A stretch of 64,000 nucleotides of DNA from Peptococcaceae bacterium (GCA_034927285.1 JAYFQF010000011.1:23670-87669), one strand, 5' to 3'. Positions 28,166-38,008 are shown, numbered from the stretch's first letter. Notes: generated by a model from the letters alone, not told the origin. Made by a program: numbers and translations.

Positions 28166-29740
28166 ATGCCGCGTACCGCACAAAATCTAAAATCAGTTAT
28201 GGACTATTTCGGCATCACAAACAGAGAGCTGGCCGGGGCTCTGGGCGTGGACCCCTCTTTGGTAAGCAGGTGGCTGAATGGTCAGCGTAAACTGAAGGCC
28301 GCCAGCGGTACCATAAATGTCCTGGCCGAGTACATTCTGACCTCAAGCAGGCGCATCCATGATATCCAATGGCTGAAAACGCAGCTTGAACGGGATGAGC
28401 TGCCTGTGGATCTTTCCACCGTGTACCGCATAAAACAAAGCCTGATTCTGTGGCTGGCTTCCGACGGCGAGGATCTGCGGCGCAACCTGGGAGAAACCTC
28501 ATCCCCGCCCGAAGGGCAAAAGGGCCAAGCGGAAAAGAAACCGGCGCCTCTGTCCCATATCGCCCGGGATACGGTCAAAATCGGCTGTCTGGAGCTCGTC
28601 CTCAGTTTGGAGCCGCTGCTTTCCGGACTGCCCCGGGACGCCTCGGCAGACATCTTCCTTTCCCATGACGAAATCGGAGTGATGATCAACGAGGATTTTT
28701 CCCGCCTGCTCCTTAAGACGATTGAAGAAAAACACCTGAAGGTGCGGCTGATGATCTGCATATCGGGCAATACCCGGGCAATGTCCCGTATCATCGCCGT
28801 CTATATGCGGCCGCTGGTTTCGGGACGCCTCCGCCTTTCGGTGGTCCACGGCATGACCCATACCGTCACCAGCCAGATGCACCTGCTCATCCCCGGCAAG
28901 GCGGCCATTCTGGTCACCGAAACTCCCGGCGGCGGCGCTCCGCCGGTGGCGGCTCTTGTCGATGAAGAAAACTTTTTAAAAGAAATCCAGCTTAGTTTTG
29001 AAGAGGCTATCCGTTATGCCCAGCCTGTACTGAATATCTACGACGACGACTTTTCCCGCAATATCCTGGAGATCATCTATCAGGAATTTTGTACTCCCGG
29101 CGCTCTTGACGTGGTGAAAGACAATATCAATCCCATGTATATGGCCGCCGGCGCCTACGACCGTTTCCTGGATACACAGGGGCACAACCGGGAGGAATAC
29201 GCCTGGCGCAGCGCAGAGTTCAGGCGGTTTAAATCCGGCCTGGATGAAACTCTGAAAGGCGGCTCGGTGTTCCGGGAGATCCTTTCCATGAAGCGCCTGG
29301 CGCAGATTGCCCGGGAGGGTTTTTGCCGCATGCCGGGGCTGTATTTCATGACAAAAGGTTTCGTTCTTCTGGATGCGGAAGGCTGCGCCGCCGTTTTAAA
29401 CGGCTACATCCGTTATTTGGAAGCCGCACCGAATTTTCAGGTTCTGATCCTGGACGATATCTCAATCCTGCATGCCGAAAATTGCTGGCAGCTCAAGAAA
29501 AATCATCATCTTGCCATCAACCATTGGAGCGGCGGCCAGCCGGTAATGATCCACTCCGACCAGCTTTTGCTTCTCCGGGAATTTCAGGCTCATTTCGATT
29601 CCCTTTGGGCCCGGGGCCGCGGCTCCATCAGCAGCCGCGGCAGCGTCGTCGCCACCTTGCAGGAGGTATTGAAACAGCTGAACCAAGGCCGGGGAAAAGA
29701 GGAAAAACAGACGGGGATAAGCGCAGACGGCAGGGAATAA
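28166..29740 (+). CDS. Large XRE-HTH regulator with uncharacterised C-terminal region of about 400 aa
   Basis: 'ITNRELAGALGVDPSLVSRWLNGQRK'. Confidence 0.8.
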   Translation: MPRTAQNLKSVMDYFGITNRELAGALGVDPSLVSRWLNGQRKLKAASGTINVLAEYILTSSRRIHDIQWLKTQLERDELPVDLSTVYRIKQSLILWLASDGEDLRRNLGETSSPPEGQKGQAEKKPAPLSHIARDTVKIGCLELVLSLEPLLSGLPRDASADIFLSHDEIGVMINEDFSRLLLKTIEEKHLKVRLMICISGNTRAMSRIIAVYMRPLVSGRLRLSVVHGMTHTVTSQMHLLIPGKAAILVTETPGGGAPPVAALVDEENFLKEIQLSFEEAIRYAQPVLNIYDDDFSRNILEIIYQEFCTPGALDVVKDNINPMYMAAGAYDRFLDTQGHNREEYAWRSAEFRRFKSGLDETLKGGSVFREILSMKRLAQIAREGFCRMPGLYFMTKGFVLLDAEGCAAVLNGYIRYLEAAPNFQVLILDDISILHAENCWQLKKNHHLAINHWSGGQPVMIHSDQLLLLREFQAHFDSLWARGRGSISSRGSVVATLQEVLKQLNQGRGKEEKQTGISADGRE

Positions 29741-29794
29741 GCGGAAAAACCATTAGCCCAAGCGGATGAATTTCCCCAAGGAATATGGTATAGT

Positions 29795-29841
29795 AATGCT
29801 TAGAAAGCCCTAACTCAAGTTAGGGTTTTCTGAGCATTTTT
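29795..29841 (+). terminator. Intrinsic terminator
   Basis: aatgcttagaaagccctaact/agttagggttttctgagcatt plus T-run. Confidence 0.7.
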
Positions 29842-29975
29842 CGTTAACGGCCGTAGCCGCCCCCAGCGGCAGAAAACCCGCCGGCTTAACCCCCCCCCGG
29901 ATCAGCAGCCGGTTCATCCGGTTCGGCAGCATCCGGGATTCAGTTTTTTTCGATCCAACCACCTTACGGAAAGGA

Positions 29976-31382
29976 ATGTATCATATGCTCACTTATCTGC
30001 ATTGGCTGTACCTGCTGGTTATTGCAGCCGTGATTATTCTGATGATCCGAAAACGGGAAGTGGTCATTCCCTGCATCGCCGGTACTTTCTGCATCGGCTT
30101 TGCTTACGGCGGCGGCAGCATCATCGGCGGCGCCCAGGCGGTATTCAACGCCATGATGGCGGCCGGCGCCGATTTGTTCGATATCATGCTGGTCATCGCT
30201 TTAATGGTTTCCATGCTGAAAGCCCTGGCCGGCATGGGGGCTGATAAGATCATGATCTCTCCGGCTGCCAGATTGATTAAAAAGCCCGCCGTTGCCTATT
30301 GGATCCTGGCCTTGATCATGTATATCGCCTCCACCTTCTTTTGGCCCACCCCCGCCACCGCTTTGGTGGGTACGATCCTGATCCCCATCGCGGTGAAAGC
30401 CGGCCTGAAACCCATGGCCGCCTGCATCGCCATAAATCTGGCCGGTCACGGCATGGCTCTTTCCGGCGATTTGGTGCTGCAGGGAGCCCCTTCCATCACC
30501 GCCGGGGCTGCCGGCGTGGAAATCGGCGCCGTGCTGCGCTCCGGCTCCACCTTTGCTTTCATTACCGGCGCCGTGGCCCTGATTTTGTCCTTCATCCTGA
30601 ACCGTAAGGATATCTTCGGCGAAAAAGCTGAGGCGGCTGCCCAAAACAGGCCGGCGGAAGAGGAAAAAGCCGCTGAAGGTTCCCCCGGCTATGCCAGATT
30701 TTTTGCCGGAGCGGTGCCGGTCATTTTCCTGATCATTATCATCCGGATGATCCTGGGCAGTTACGTGGAAGGGATCGCCAAGATCTATGGCGGCGGGGCT
30801 ACCGCCTTGCTGGGGGGAACAGCCGCCCTGATCATGGTAGCCGCCACCGCGGCGGACGCCAAAAAGGACTGCCTGGAAAAGGTCGTCGGCTACCTCCGGG
30901 AAGGGCTTTTGTTTTCTATTAATATCTTTGCTCCCGTTATTCCCATCGCCGGCTTTTTTATGCTGGGCTCCCCCGGCAACGCTCCCGCCATCCTGGGGGA
31001 GGGAGCGCCGGGTCTGCTCTTTGAGCTGGGCACCGCTTTAGCCAACGCTCTGCCTTTAGGGGCCTTGCCTCTGGCCGTGGGCATTGTCCTCATCGGCGCC
31101 ATCACCGGCCTGGACGGTTCCGGCTTCTCCGGTCTGCCCCTGATCGGGGCCCTGGCCGGCTCTTTGGCTGTGCCCGCCGGCCTGGATCCGGCGATTTTGG
31201 CCGGTCTGGGGCAGACCGCCGCCATCTGGGTAGGCGGCGGCTGTTTGAGCGCCTGGTCTTTCGGCGCCGTAGCTTCTGCCGGCGTAGCCGGGGTTCCCGC
31301 TGCCGACCTGGTGCGCAAAAACCTTGTGCCGGTGATCGCCGGCCTGATTATCTCCACCCTGGCGGCAGTCCTCATGATGTAG
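29976..31382 (+). CDS. Polytopic membrane protein, putative secondary transporter (ion-transporter superfamily-like)
   Basis: about 12-13 hydrophobic helices; 'FFWPTPATAL', 'LDGSGFSGLPL' hairpin-type motifs. Confidence 0.7.
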   Translation: MYHMLTYLHWLYLLVIAAVIILMIRKREVVIPCIAGTFCIGFAYGGGSIIGGAQAVFNAMMAAGADLFDIMLVIALMVSMLKALAGMGADKIMISPAARLIKKPAVAYWILALIMYIASTFFWPTPATALVGTILIPIAVKAGLKPMAACIAINLAGHGMALSGDLVLQGAPSITAGAAGVEIGAVLRSGSTFAFITGAVALILSFILNRKDIFGEKAEAAAQNRPAEEEKAAEGSPGYARFFAGAVPVIFLIIIIRMILGSYVEGIAKIYGGGATALLGGTAALIMVAATAADAKKDCLEKVVGYLREGLLFSINIFAPVIPIAGFFMLGSPGNAPAILGEGAPGLLFELGTALANALPLGALPLAVGIVLIGAITGLDGSGFSGLPLIGALAGSLAVPAGLDPAILAGLGQTAAIWVGGGCLSAWSFGAVASAGVAGVPAADLVRKNLVPVIAGLIISTLAAVLMM

Positions 31383-31453
31383 TGTGGTTTTACCGCCTGA
31401 CATAATGCGTCCGGTCCCGGGGCAAGGATAAAATGCCGCCATCTTTTTCCAGG

Positions 31454-31499
31454 AAAATAGAACTCCTTAGAACTGCCAGATTCTAAGGAGTTCTATTTT
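31454..31499. terminator. Bidirectional terminator, perfect 19-bp inverted repeat
   Basis: aaaatagaactccttagaa-N8-ttctaaggagttctatttt between convergent genes. Confidence 0.8.
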
Positions 31500-31581
31500 T
31501 GTTGTAGCCGAAAGGTCAAACCAATCCACAATCCGCGAAACCGGCGGGCTGGACGGTATCCGTGACGAAGGGCTGCCGGAG

Positions 31582-33435
31582 TCAGCCATCAACGCGCCTT
31601 TTCGCGATTTCCTCCAGAAAGGTTCTTCCGTAACGGGAGGCCTTTACCTGGCCTACTCCCGAAACCTCTAAAAACTCCGCCATATTTCCTGGCGCCTTCG
31701 CAGCCATGTCGGCGAGACTGGCATTGGAGAAAATGATATAGGCGGGCACATTTTCCTGCCGGGCAAGCTTGAAGCGCAGCGCTTTCAGAGCCGTGAACAG
31801 GTTGTCTTCTTCCTCCATGCCGGCCGTGGCCGCCTTTTTCCCGGAAAGCTTCTCAGGAGCAGAGGTTTCCTTTATCGTCATTTCCACTTTCTCCTTGCGG
31901 AAAAGCACATTTGCGGCCTTTACCGTTAACTCCACGCCGCCATGGGCCGGGTCGGTACGCAGGTAACCCTGTGCTTCCAGAGCTTCCACCAGCTCTTTGA
32001 CCCGGGTTTTGCTCGTTCCTTTCATCAGCCCATAAGTTGTCAGCTGATCGAGGCCCAGCTCCAACACCCGCTGTTCCGCGCTTCCGCAGAGCGTGCGGAT
32101 AATTAATGTGGCCCCCACAGAGTAGCCCAGCTTATCTCTTGCACGTTTTACGCACGAAAGAATCATCTGCGCTTCCGTGGTGATATCCTTCACCGCAAAG
32201 ATCGCGCGGCAGTTCCCGCAATTCCCGCAGGACTCCTGATGGGCCTGGCCAAAATAATCCAAAATATATCCCCGCAGGCAGCGCGTGGTTTTGCAGTATC
32301 CGATCATTGCGTCCAGGCGTTCATCGTCCCTTTGCAGGACTGCCTGACGCTGCTCTTCAGTCAACTCTTCGTTTTGGCCGGAATTCTGGATAAGAAATCT
32401 GGCGGTCTGGACATCACCGGGAGAATACAGTAAAATGCAGTCCGCCTTTTCACCGTCCCGCCCGGCGCGGCCTGCCTCCTGATAGTAAGCCTCCAGGCTT
32501 TTCGGCATATTGTAATGGATCACAAAGCCGACATTGGATTTGTCGATCCCCATGCCAAAGGCGTTGGTCGCCACCATTACAGCAGAGCGGTCGTACAAAA
32601 AGTTCTCCTGGTTTTGACGGCGTTCCTCATCGGCCAGGCCGGCGTGATATCTCGTAGCCGAAATCCCGGTACCCCGCAGGGCGTCGCACACCTTCTCCAC
32701 AGCAGTTCTGGTAGCGCAGTAAACGATCCCGCATTTGTCGCGGCGCTGAGCGACCAAGGACTGAAGTGTCGCCGCCTTATTCTTGGGCCGCCCGACTTCA
32801 AAAAAGAGATTAGGCCGGTCAAATCCCGTCGTGATGCACAGCGGCGTACGCAGCTTCAATATACGCTCGATATCGCCCCGCACCTGTTCTGTCGCCGTAG
32901 CGGTATAAGCCGCCAGGACCGGCCTTTGGGGCAGCTTATCCAAGAAGTCCAAAATGCGCAGATAGCTTGGCCGGAAATCCTGTCCCCACTGTGAAATGCA
33001 ATGAGCTTCGTCGACAGCCACCAGCGATATTTTCAGACCTTGGGCAAGAGAGACGAAGCCCTCTCCGTCAAGGCGTTCCGGCGCAATGTAGATAATTTTG
33101 TATTTTCCGGCGCGTATATTGCGATAGACAATTCTCATCTGTTCCGGCGTCAGGGAACTGTTGAGAAAAGCCGCGCTGACGCCTGCATCTTTCAGCGCCA
33201 TGACCTGATCCTTCATCAAGGAAATCAGCGGTGAAACGACCAGGGTAACTCCCTCCATCAAAAGAGCAGGCAACTGATAACAGACACTTTTCCCGCCCCC
33301 GGTAGGCATGATGCCTAAGGCATCGCGCCCGCTGAGGACAGCATCAATCAGTTCCCCTTGCCCATCACGGAAAGCAGCATGACCAAAATACTGCTTCAGC
33401 ACATCATATTTATTAAGCGGCGTTTCCATCATCAT
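31582..33435 (-). CDS. recQ: ATP-dependent DNA helicase RecQ
   Basis: 'MPTGGGKS', 'DEAHCISQWGQDFRP', 'QEAGRAGRDG', Zn-binding 'CGNCGNC', RQC and HRDC domains; start re-called to ATG 33435. Confidence 0.96.
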   Translation of the reverse strand: MMMETPLNKYDVLKQYFGHAAFRDGQGELIDAVLSGRDALGIMPTGGGKSVCYQLPALLMEGVTLVVSPLISLMKDQVMALKDAGVSAAFLNSSLTPEQMRIVYRNIRAGKYKIIYIAPERLDGEGFVSLAQGLKISLVAVDEAHCISQWGQDFRPSYLRILDFLDKLPQRPVLAAYTATATEQVRGDIERILKLRTPLCITTGFDRPNLFFEVGRPKNKAATLQSLVAQRRDKCGIVYCATRTAVEKVCDALRGTGISATRYHAGLADEERRQNQENFLYDRSAVMVATNAFGMGIDKSNVGFVIHYNMPKSLEAYYQEAGRAGRDGEKADCILLYSPGDVQTARFLIQNSGQNEELTEEQRQAVLQRDDERLDAMIGYCKTTRCLRGYILDYFGQAHQESCGNCGNCRAIFAVKDITTEAQMILSCVKRARDKLGYSVGATLIIRTLCGSAEQRVLELGLDQLTTYGLMKGTSKTRVKELVEALEAQGYLRTDPAHGGVELTVKAANVLFRKEKVEMTIKETSAPEKLSGKKAATAGMEEEDNLFTALKALRFKLARQENVPAYIIFSNASLADMAAKAPGNMAEFLEVSGVGQVKASRYGRTFLEEIAKRRVDG

Positions 33436-33637
33436 TTCACTCCGGCCCCACTGATACAGATCCGCCCGTTCCTCTATATTCCCCGCGACCAACTCTAGCG
33501 TCCATCTTTAAATACTCCCTGTCAATGTATGATGTATATAGAAAATTATAAGGCTCTCAGACGAATAATACAATATCAAGGGACACAGAAGCGGGCGCGG
33601 CTCCTCCGTTCCATCGTGAAAGGGAGGAGCCGCATTT

Positions 33638-34225
33638 TTACATTGACAAAAATAACAGGCTTATTGCAAATGCCATTACAGCGGAGCCGCTGCCGGCAAT
33701 CAGTTCTTTCAATGTATGCCGTTTTAGGGCAAGCGAAGCCCAAATCGTTAAAGCGAACAGCATTGCGCAGGGTAAAATACATTTCCAGCCCATAAAATAA
33801 ACCATCGATATCAGAGGTCCCGCAATGCTGCAGGCATGACCGCTGGCACGGAGCATAAAGAACTTATTGAACACAATCAGCACAGCGACGGAAAAAAAGT
33901 AAGTCAGATAAATAAGCAGCAAGCCTCGGCTCACCTGAGCGGCAAGTCCGTAGACAACAGCGGCGGCATAGCCGGCAACGCTCAGGATAAAGGCCAGATT
34001 CCGCTGACCTTCGCGGCCTTTAGCCCTGTATGCGGGGAGGACCGCGGCAATCGGATAAGCCGCAAGCGGGATCAGCGCCAGAAAGAAAATCGACGCCAGC
34101 AGTTCCCATCGGTCTGCAAACACTGTATGCTCCGAAAAAGACAGGATGATCAGCAGCAAAAGCGCCGGAATCGGCGGCACCATAATGACGCGGATCATTT
34201 TGGCGCTTTTCTCTTTTTTAGTCAT
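33638..34225 (-). CDS. PAP2-like (lipid phosphatase superfamily) membrane protein
   Basis: multi-TM; 'RASGHA' and 'WASLALKRHTLKELIAG' resemble PAP2 C2 and C3 motifs; overlaps degV stop. Confidence 0.6.
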   Translation of the reverse strand: MTKKEKSAKMIRVIMVPPIPALLLLIILSFSEHTVFADRWELLASIFFLALIPLAAYPIAAVLPAYRAKGREGQRNLAFILSVAGYAAAVVYGLAAQVSRGLLLIYLTYFFSVAVLIVFNKFFMLRASGHACSIAGPLISMVYFMGWKCILPCAMLFALTIWASLALKRHTLKELIAGSGSAVMAFAISLLFLSM

Positions 34226-35105
34226 TCCTTTTTTCCCCCCAGAAAAAAAGAGCTACCGTGCCGGGGCCGGTATGACTGCCTATGGCAGTGCCCACGCTGT
34301 TGATTTCCACACGCCCGTCCAGTTTCGGAAATCGCGTTTCAACAAGTGCCGCGACAGCCTGTGCGTCTTCAGGGCATCCCGCGTTTGAAATGTAGCATTT
34401 GCCGTCATAATTAATGCCGTTCTGCGCATACTCCTCCATTTTATTTACAATCGCCTCAACGACTCTTTCTTTGCCTCTTATTTTAAATCGCGGAACCAGC
34501 TGCCCCTGACGGTCCATATTGAGCAGGGGGCAAATATTCAATATCGTTCCAACCCAGCCGGATGCCCTGGAAATACGGCCGCCTTTAACATAGAAAGTCA
34601 GGTCTGTGGAAAAAAACCAATGATGCACTTCAAGCTTATGGTCATTGGCCCAAATATGCAGTTTGCCGATCTCCATACCGCCGTCACGCAGATCGGCAAG
34701 CTTATCCATGAAAAGACCGTATCCGGAGGAAGCCGCCAAAGAATCCACAATATAGATTTTCCTGTCCGGATATTTTTCCAGCAAATCGGTTTTTGCGATA
34801 TTCGCGGAATTATATACGCCGGAAAGGCCGCCGGACAGGCAGACATGCAGGATGTCCAGGCCTTGCTCTAAAAACGATGTAAAATATCCAATAAATTCAC
34901 CGGCGCTCACCTGGGACGTTTTTGTTTCGGCGCCGTCGGTCATCGCCTGATAAAACTCATCAAACGGCATGGACTTTCCCAAATCGTCATTATACTGTTT
35001 CCCGTCCAGCGAATAGTGGAAGCAGATAAAGCGAATATCTCTTTCTTTGAAATGTTGTTCAGTTAAATCGGCCGTAGAACAGCAACTGAGCACATAGTTT
35101 CCCAT
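34218..35105 (-). CDS. DegV family fatty-acid-binding protein
   Basis: 'STADL', 'KTSQ', 'LSGGLSGVYNSA', 'VDSLAASSG', 'KGGRIS', 'SHTGPGT'; start re-called to ATG 35105. Confidence 0.93.
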   Translation of the reverse strand: MGNYVLSCCSTADLTEQHFKERDIRFICFHYSLDGKQYNDDLGKSMPFDEFYQAMTDGAETKTSQVSAGEFIGYFTSFLEQGLDILHVCLSGGLSGVYNSANIAKTDLLEKYPDRKIYIVDSLAASSGYGLFMDKLADLRDGGMEIGKLHIWANDHKLEVHHWFFSTDLTFYVKGGRISRASGWVGTILNICPLLNMDRQGQLVPRFKIRGKERVVEAIVNKMEEYAQNGINYDGKCYISNAGCPEDAQAVAALVETRFPKLDGRVEINSVGTAIGSHTGPGTVALFFWGEKRND

Positions 35106-35246
35106 AATTATTTTCCCCTCAACCTTCAAAATATGGATTTGCGCGGCATGAATACCGCCTATAACATTTATAGCACGATAAAACCGCAAACGCCGCCTAC
35201 GCCCCCCATAGCCCCGCTATACGGCGATGGATTGAAAATGTAGAGT

Positions 35247-35280
35247 AAAAAAAGGCGGCTCTACGATTTGTAGAGCCGCC
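35247..35280 (-). terminator. Terminator hairpin containing CTCTAC-N5-GTAGAG palindrome
   Basis: ggcggctctac-aaatc-gtagagccgcc plus T7 on minus strand. Confidence 0.7.
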
Positions 35281-35308
35281 AGAATGAAGGCGTTACCGGA
35301 AGAAAAGC

Positions 35309-35884
35309 TCAATTCTCTTTGCCGCGTATCTTAAAGCAAAGATAGATAATGACCTGGGCAGGGATTCCGAGAGAAAACAACAGCCACCAGTTATGCTGAA
35401 GAAATGACAGATATACGGTAGCGATAATGCCCCAAACGAGGGCCGAAATAATATAAAAATTGTTTCTGCGATTACCCCAAATTGAGTTCAGGACCAGCAG
35501 GACGATCAAAGATACCGGCACGGCATAAACGAACAACAGCCATTGCGCACGACCCAATATCCAAAATGCGATAAAAACCAACAGCGTAAGCGTCCAGACG
35601 CCAAGGACAGAAATTTTCGTTATGGTCAGGTAATTATTATGCTGAGGAAAAGCGGCTTTCTTTTCTTCTTCGCTGTGGTCACTCAGGAGATAATCCACGG
35701 AGACGTGAAACAACTCGCTCATTTGTTTGAGAATATAAGCGTCCGGAACTGCTTCTGCACGTTCCCATTTTGAAATGGCCTTGTCGGAATAATTTAATTT
35801 TTCCCCAAGCTCGAACTGCGTCATTCGATTGAGCGTCCGTAAGTTTATCATATTTTTTGAAACGATATATTTTAGATCTTCCAT
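35309..35884 (-). CDS. XRE-HTH regulator with four C-terminal TM helices
   Basis: 'MTQFELGEKLNYSDKAISKWERAEAVPD'; hydrophobic C-terminus. Confidence 0.88.
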   Translation of the reverse strand: MEDLKYIVSKNMINLRTLNRMTQFELGEKLNYSDKAISKWERAEAVPDAYILKQMSELFHVSVDYLLSDHSEEEKKAAFPQHNNYLTITKISVLGVWTLTLLVFIAFWILGRAQWLLFVYAVPVSLIVLLVLNSIWGNRRNNFYIISALVWGIIATVYLSFLQHNWWLLFSLGIPAQVIIYLCFKIRGKEN

Positions 35885-35993
35885 ATCGACTCCGAAGCCT
35901 TCTGAACCCGGTCGCAGCAACATTACATCAACAGTGCATTAAAGGCACGGTCCCAAATCCAACAATAATGATAACCTAAATTCAAATATTTGT

Positions 35994-37040
35994 CTATTGC
36001 ATTGTTCTTTGTCCCACCAAGTCTCTCCACTGTTGGTTTTCTTTCAGATACGCATAGGTTTCTTCATCGCGAAATCCTTTTATCAGGTCTTCTCGGATTT
36101 CGGTAAGATATTCCGCATTTATCGCCTTAAAATCCATATGCGAATAAAGAGAAGACTTTGTAAAAGCATATATACTCTCCAGGTTTGTCAGCATTCGCTC
36201 CATAATGTGAAGAGTTTTCGTCTCGTTTTTTTCCAGTGTGGCTAATTCAAGCGCGGGCGAAATCTCATGGTATTCTCCAAATTCAAAAAGGCTCGCTAAT
36301 TTCTGTATCTTATCAACCAGTATATGCGCCTTAACAAAGTCGTTTTCGTCCAACGCCAGCAGGTAGATATTATGGAAAGTCATATTTAAACTTTGGTATC
36401 CGGCATAGAGTAGTTCCTCATCTGCTTTATATGCTTCATCCTGTCTCCCTGTCTTGCTGCAGATCATAGCCTGTTTCCGCTTGCGCTCTGGATTTTCCTG
36501 AGAGAAATAGGTCAGATATTGCTCTGCCTGCTCGTATTGCTTTTTGTTCATATAGAAATAGTACAACGATTCAGCAGCGGCCTCCTTCAGTCCCTCATCG
36601 TCACTTTCCAGCACACGCTTATAGGAATCCAAGAGGTAAGCGTCATCGTTTTCTTCATCAGCAAGTCCCATCATTTGCCGTTGACCGTCAAATATCCGGG
36701 CCATCCAAAGAATCAAATAGTTACAGTTTGGATACTCCATAAGACATTGTTTCATCCACTGAAATACTTTGTCAATTGGTTCTGATTTCAGTTTTCTGTT
36801 TGCCTGCTCCACTAACCGATTTGCTTCCACAACGGAAAGTTCTTTTTCGTGAGACAACAATGTGTCCAGGGAAATATTCAACAACCTGGCGATGGGCGAT
36901 AGTAAAGAAATGTCCGGCAGGGAATAACCGTTTTCCCATTTGTTCACTGCCGGAGCAGTTACACCAAGGCGTTTTGCCACTTCCTCTTGTGTTAGATTTT
37001 TATTTTTGCGGTATTTTCTAATTACGTTACCAACTTGCAT
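35994..37040 (-). CDS. XRE-HTH regulator with TPR-like C-terminal domain
   Basis: RBS GGAGG; 'LTQEEVAKRLGVTAPAVNKWENGYSLPDI'; helical repeats. Confidence 0.88.
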   Translation of the reverse strand: MQVGNVIRKYRKNKNLTQEEVAKRLGVTAPAVNKWENGYSLPDISLLSPIARLLNISLDTLLSHEKELSVVEANRLVEQANRKLKSEPIDKVFQWMKQCLMEYPNCNYLILWMARIFDGQRQMMGLADEENDDAYLLDSYKRVLESDDEGLKEAAAESLYYFYMNKKQYEQAEQYLTYFSQENPERKRKQAMICSKTGRQDEAYKADEELLYAGYQSLNMTFHNIYLLALDENDFVKAHILVDKIQKLASLFEFGEYHEISPALELATLEKNETKTLHIMERMLTNLESIYAFTKSSLYSHMDFKAINAEYLTEIREDLIKGFRDEETYAYLKENQQWRDLVGQRTMQ

Positions 37041-37347
37041 AATCGTTCCCTCCTGCCTGCTTTCTTCCCTTAAAATATACCATGCAGGAGTTCATTGCAC
37101 AATTGAGCGGTCATTAACCAATTGGAAAATAAAATAACCGTTGCTCATGTCGCCTTCTGTTTTATTGTCAAATATCCCTATTGCCCATAAAACACTCCTT
37201 TCCAACGAGAGAGAAGGCAAAAATGCCCCCACTTCTATCAAGGAAAAAATGAGGGGCTGCACGAACTGATAAAGTTAAGATTTATTGCCTTGATTTAATT
37301 CGGTTAAACGAATACACTGTATCCATTCTTTGAAAGGATACAGCAAG

Positions 37348-37527
37348 AGGGAATATATGACTGTACAGGAAGCAGCTGAAAAATGATGTATCACAGAGCG
37401 CTGGGTTCAGAAGCTTTGTGAGGAAAATAGAATCAAGGGTATTGTTCGGTTCAGCAGAGTGTGGATGATTCCTGAAGAGGCCGTCAAGCCCATTGACGGG
37501 CGGAGAAAGGATGGTGAACATAAATGA
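37348..37527 (+). pseudogene. Excisionase-like HTH DNA-binding protein pseudogene
   Basis: (R)EYMTVQEAAEK*CITERWVQKLCEENRIKGIVRFSRVWMIPEEAVKPIDGR; TGA at 37384 where the family has Trp, and AGG where ATG is expected. Confidence 0.75.
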
Positions 37528-37560
37528 AACGAATATTCTTAGTCGAGGACGATAAGGCAA
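37524..37560 (+). pseudogene. N-terminal stub of a response regulator
   Basis: MKRIFLVEDDKA receiver start, coupled by ATGA to the HTH gene, then similarity is lost. Confidence 0.65.
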
Positions 37561-38008
37561 TGTTCATGGGATGCTGGAGCAAAACCGAAATATCCTGTTT
37601 ATTGTAAATCTGTTCACGGCTGTGTTTATCGCTATGATTTCCCTGATTGCGGTTGCCAATGTGTTCAACACGATTTCCACTAACATCAAGCTCCGCAGGC
37701 GAGAGCTTGCCATGCTCCGCTCCGTGGGGATGTCCGACCGCGATTTCAATAAGATGATGCGCTTTGAATGTGCTCTTTATGGAGCACGGACGATGCTTTG
37801 GGGCTTGCCCCTATCAGGAATCCTTTCCTGGTTGATTTACAAGGGAATGGTTGTTGGCGGCGGTGATATAGAGTTTATGTTTCCTTGGGACAGCATCGGA
37901 ATCAGTATGCTTGGCGTATTCTTTGTGGTGTTCATTACTGCGCTGTATGCCACCCGCAAGATAAAAAGCGAAAATATTATTGACGCACTTCGAGATGATA
38001 TGGCTTGA
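37559..38008 (+). pseudogene. C-terminal fragment of FtsX-like ABC transporter permease
   Basis: 'NVFNTISTNIKLRRRELAMLRSVGM...E', ends 'NIIDALR'; N-terminal part missing, no RBS. Confidence 0.8.
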
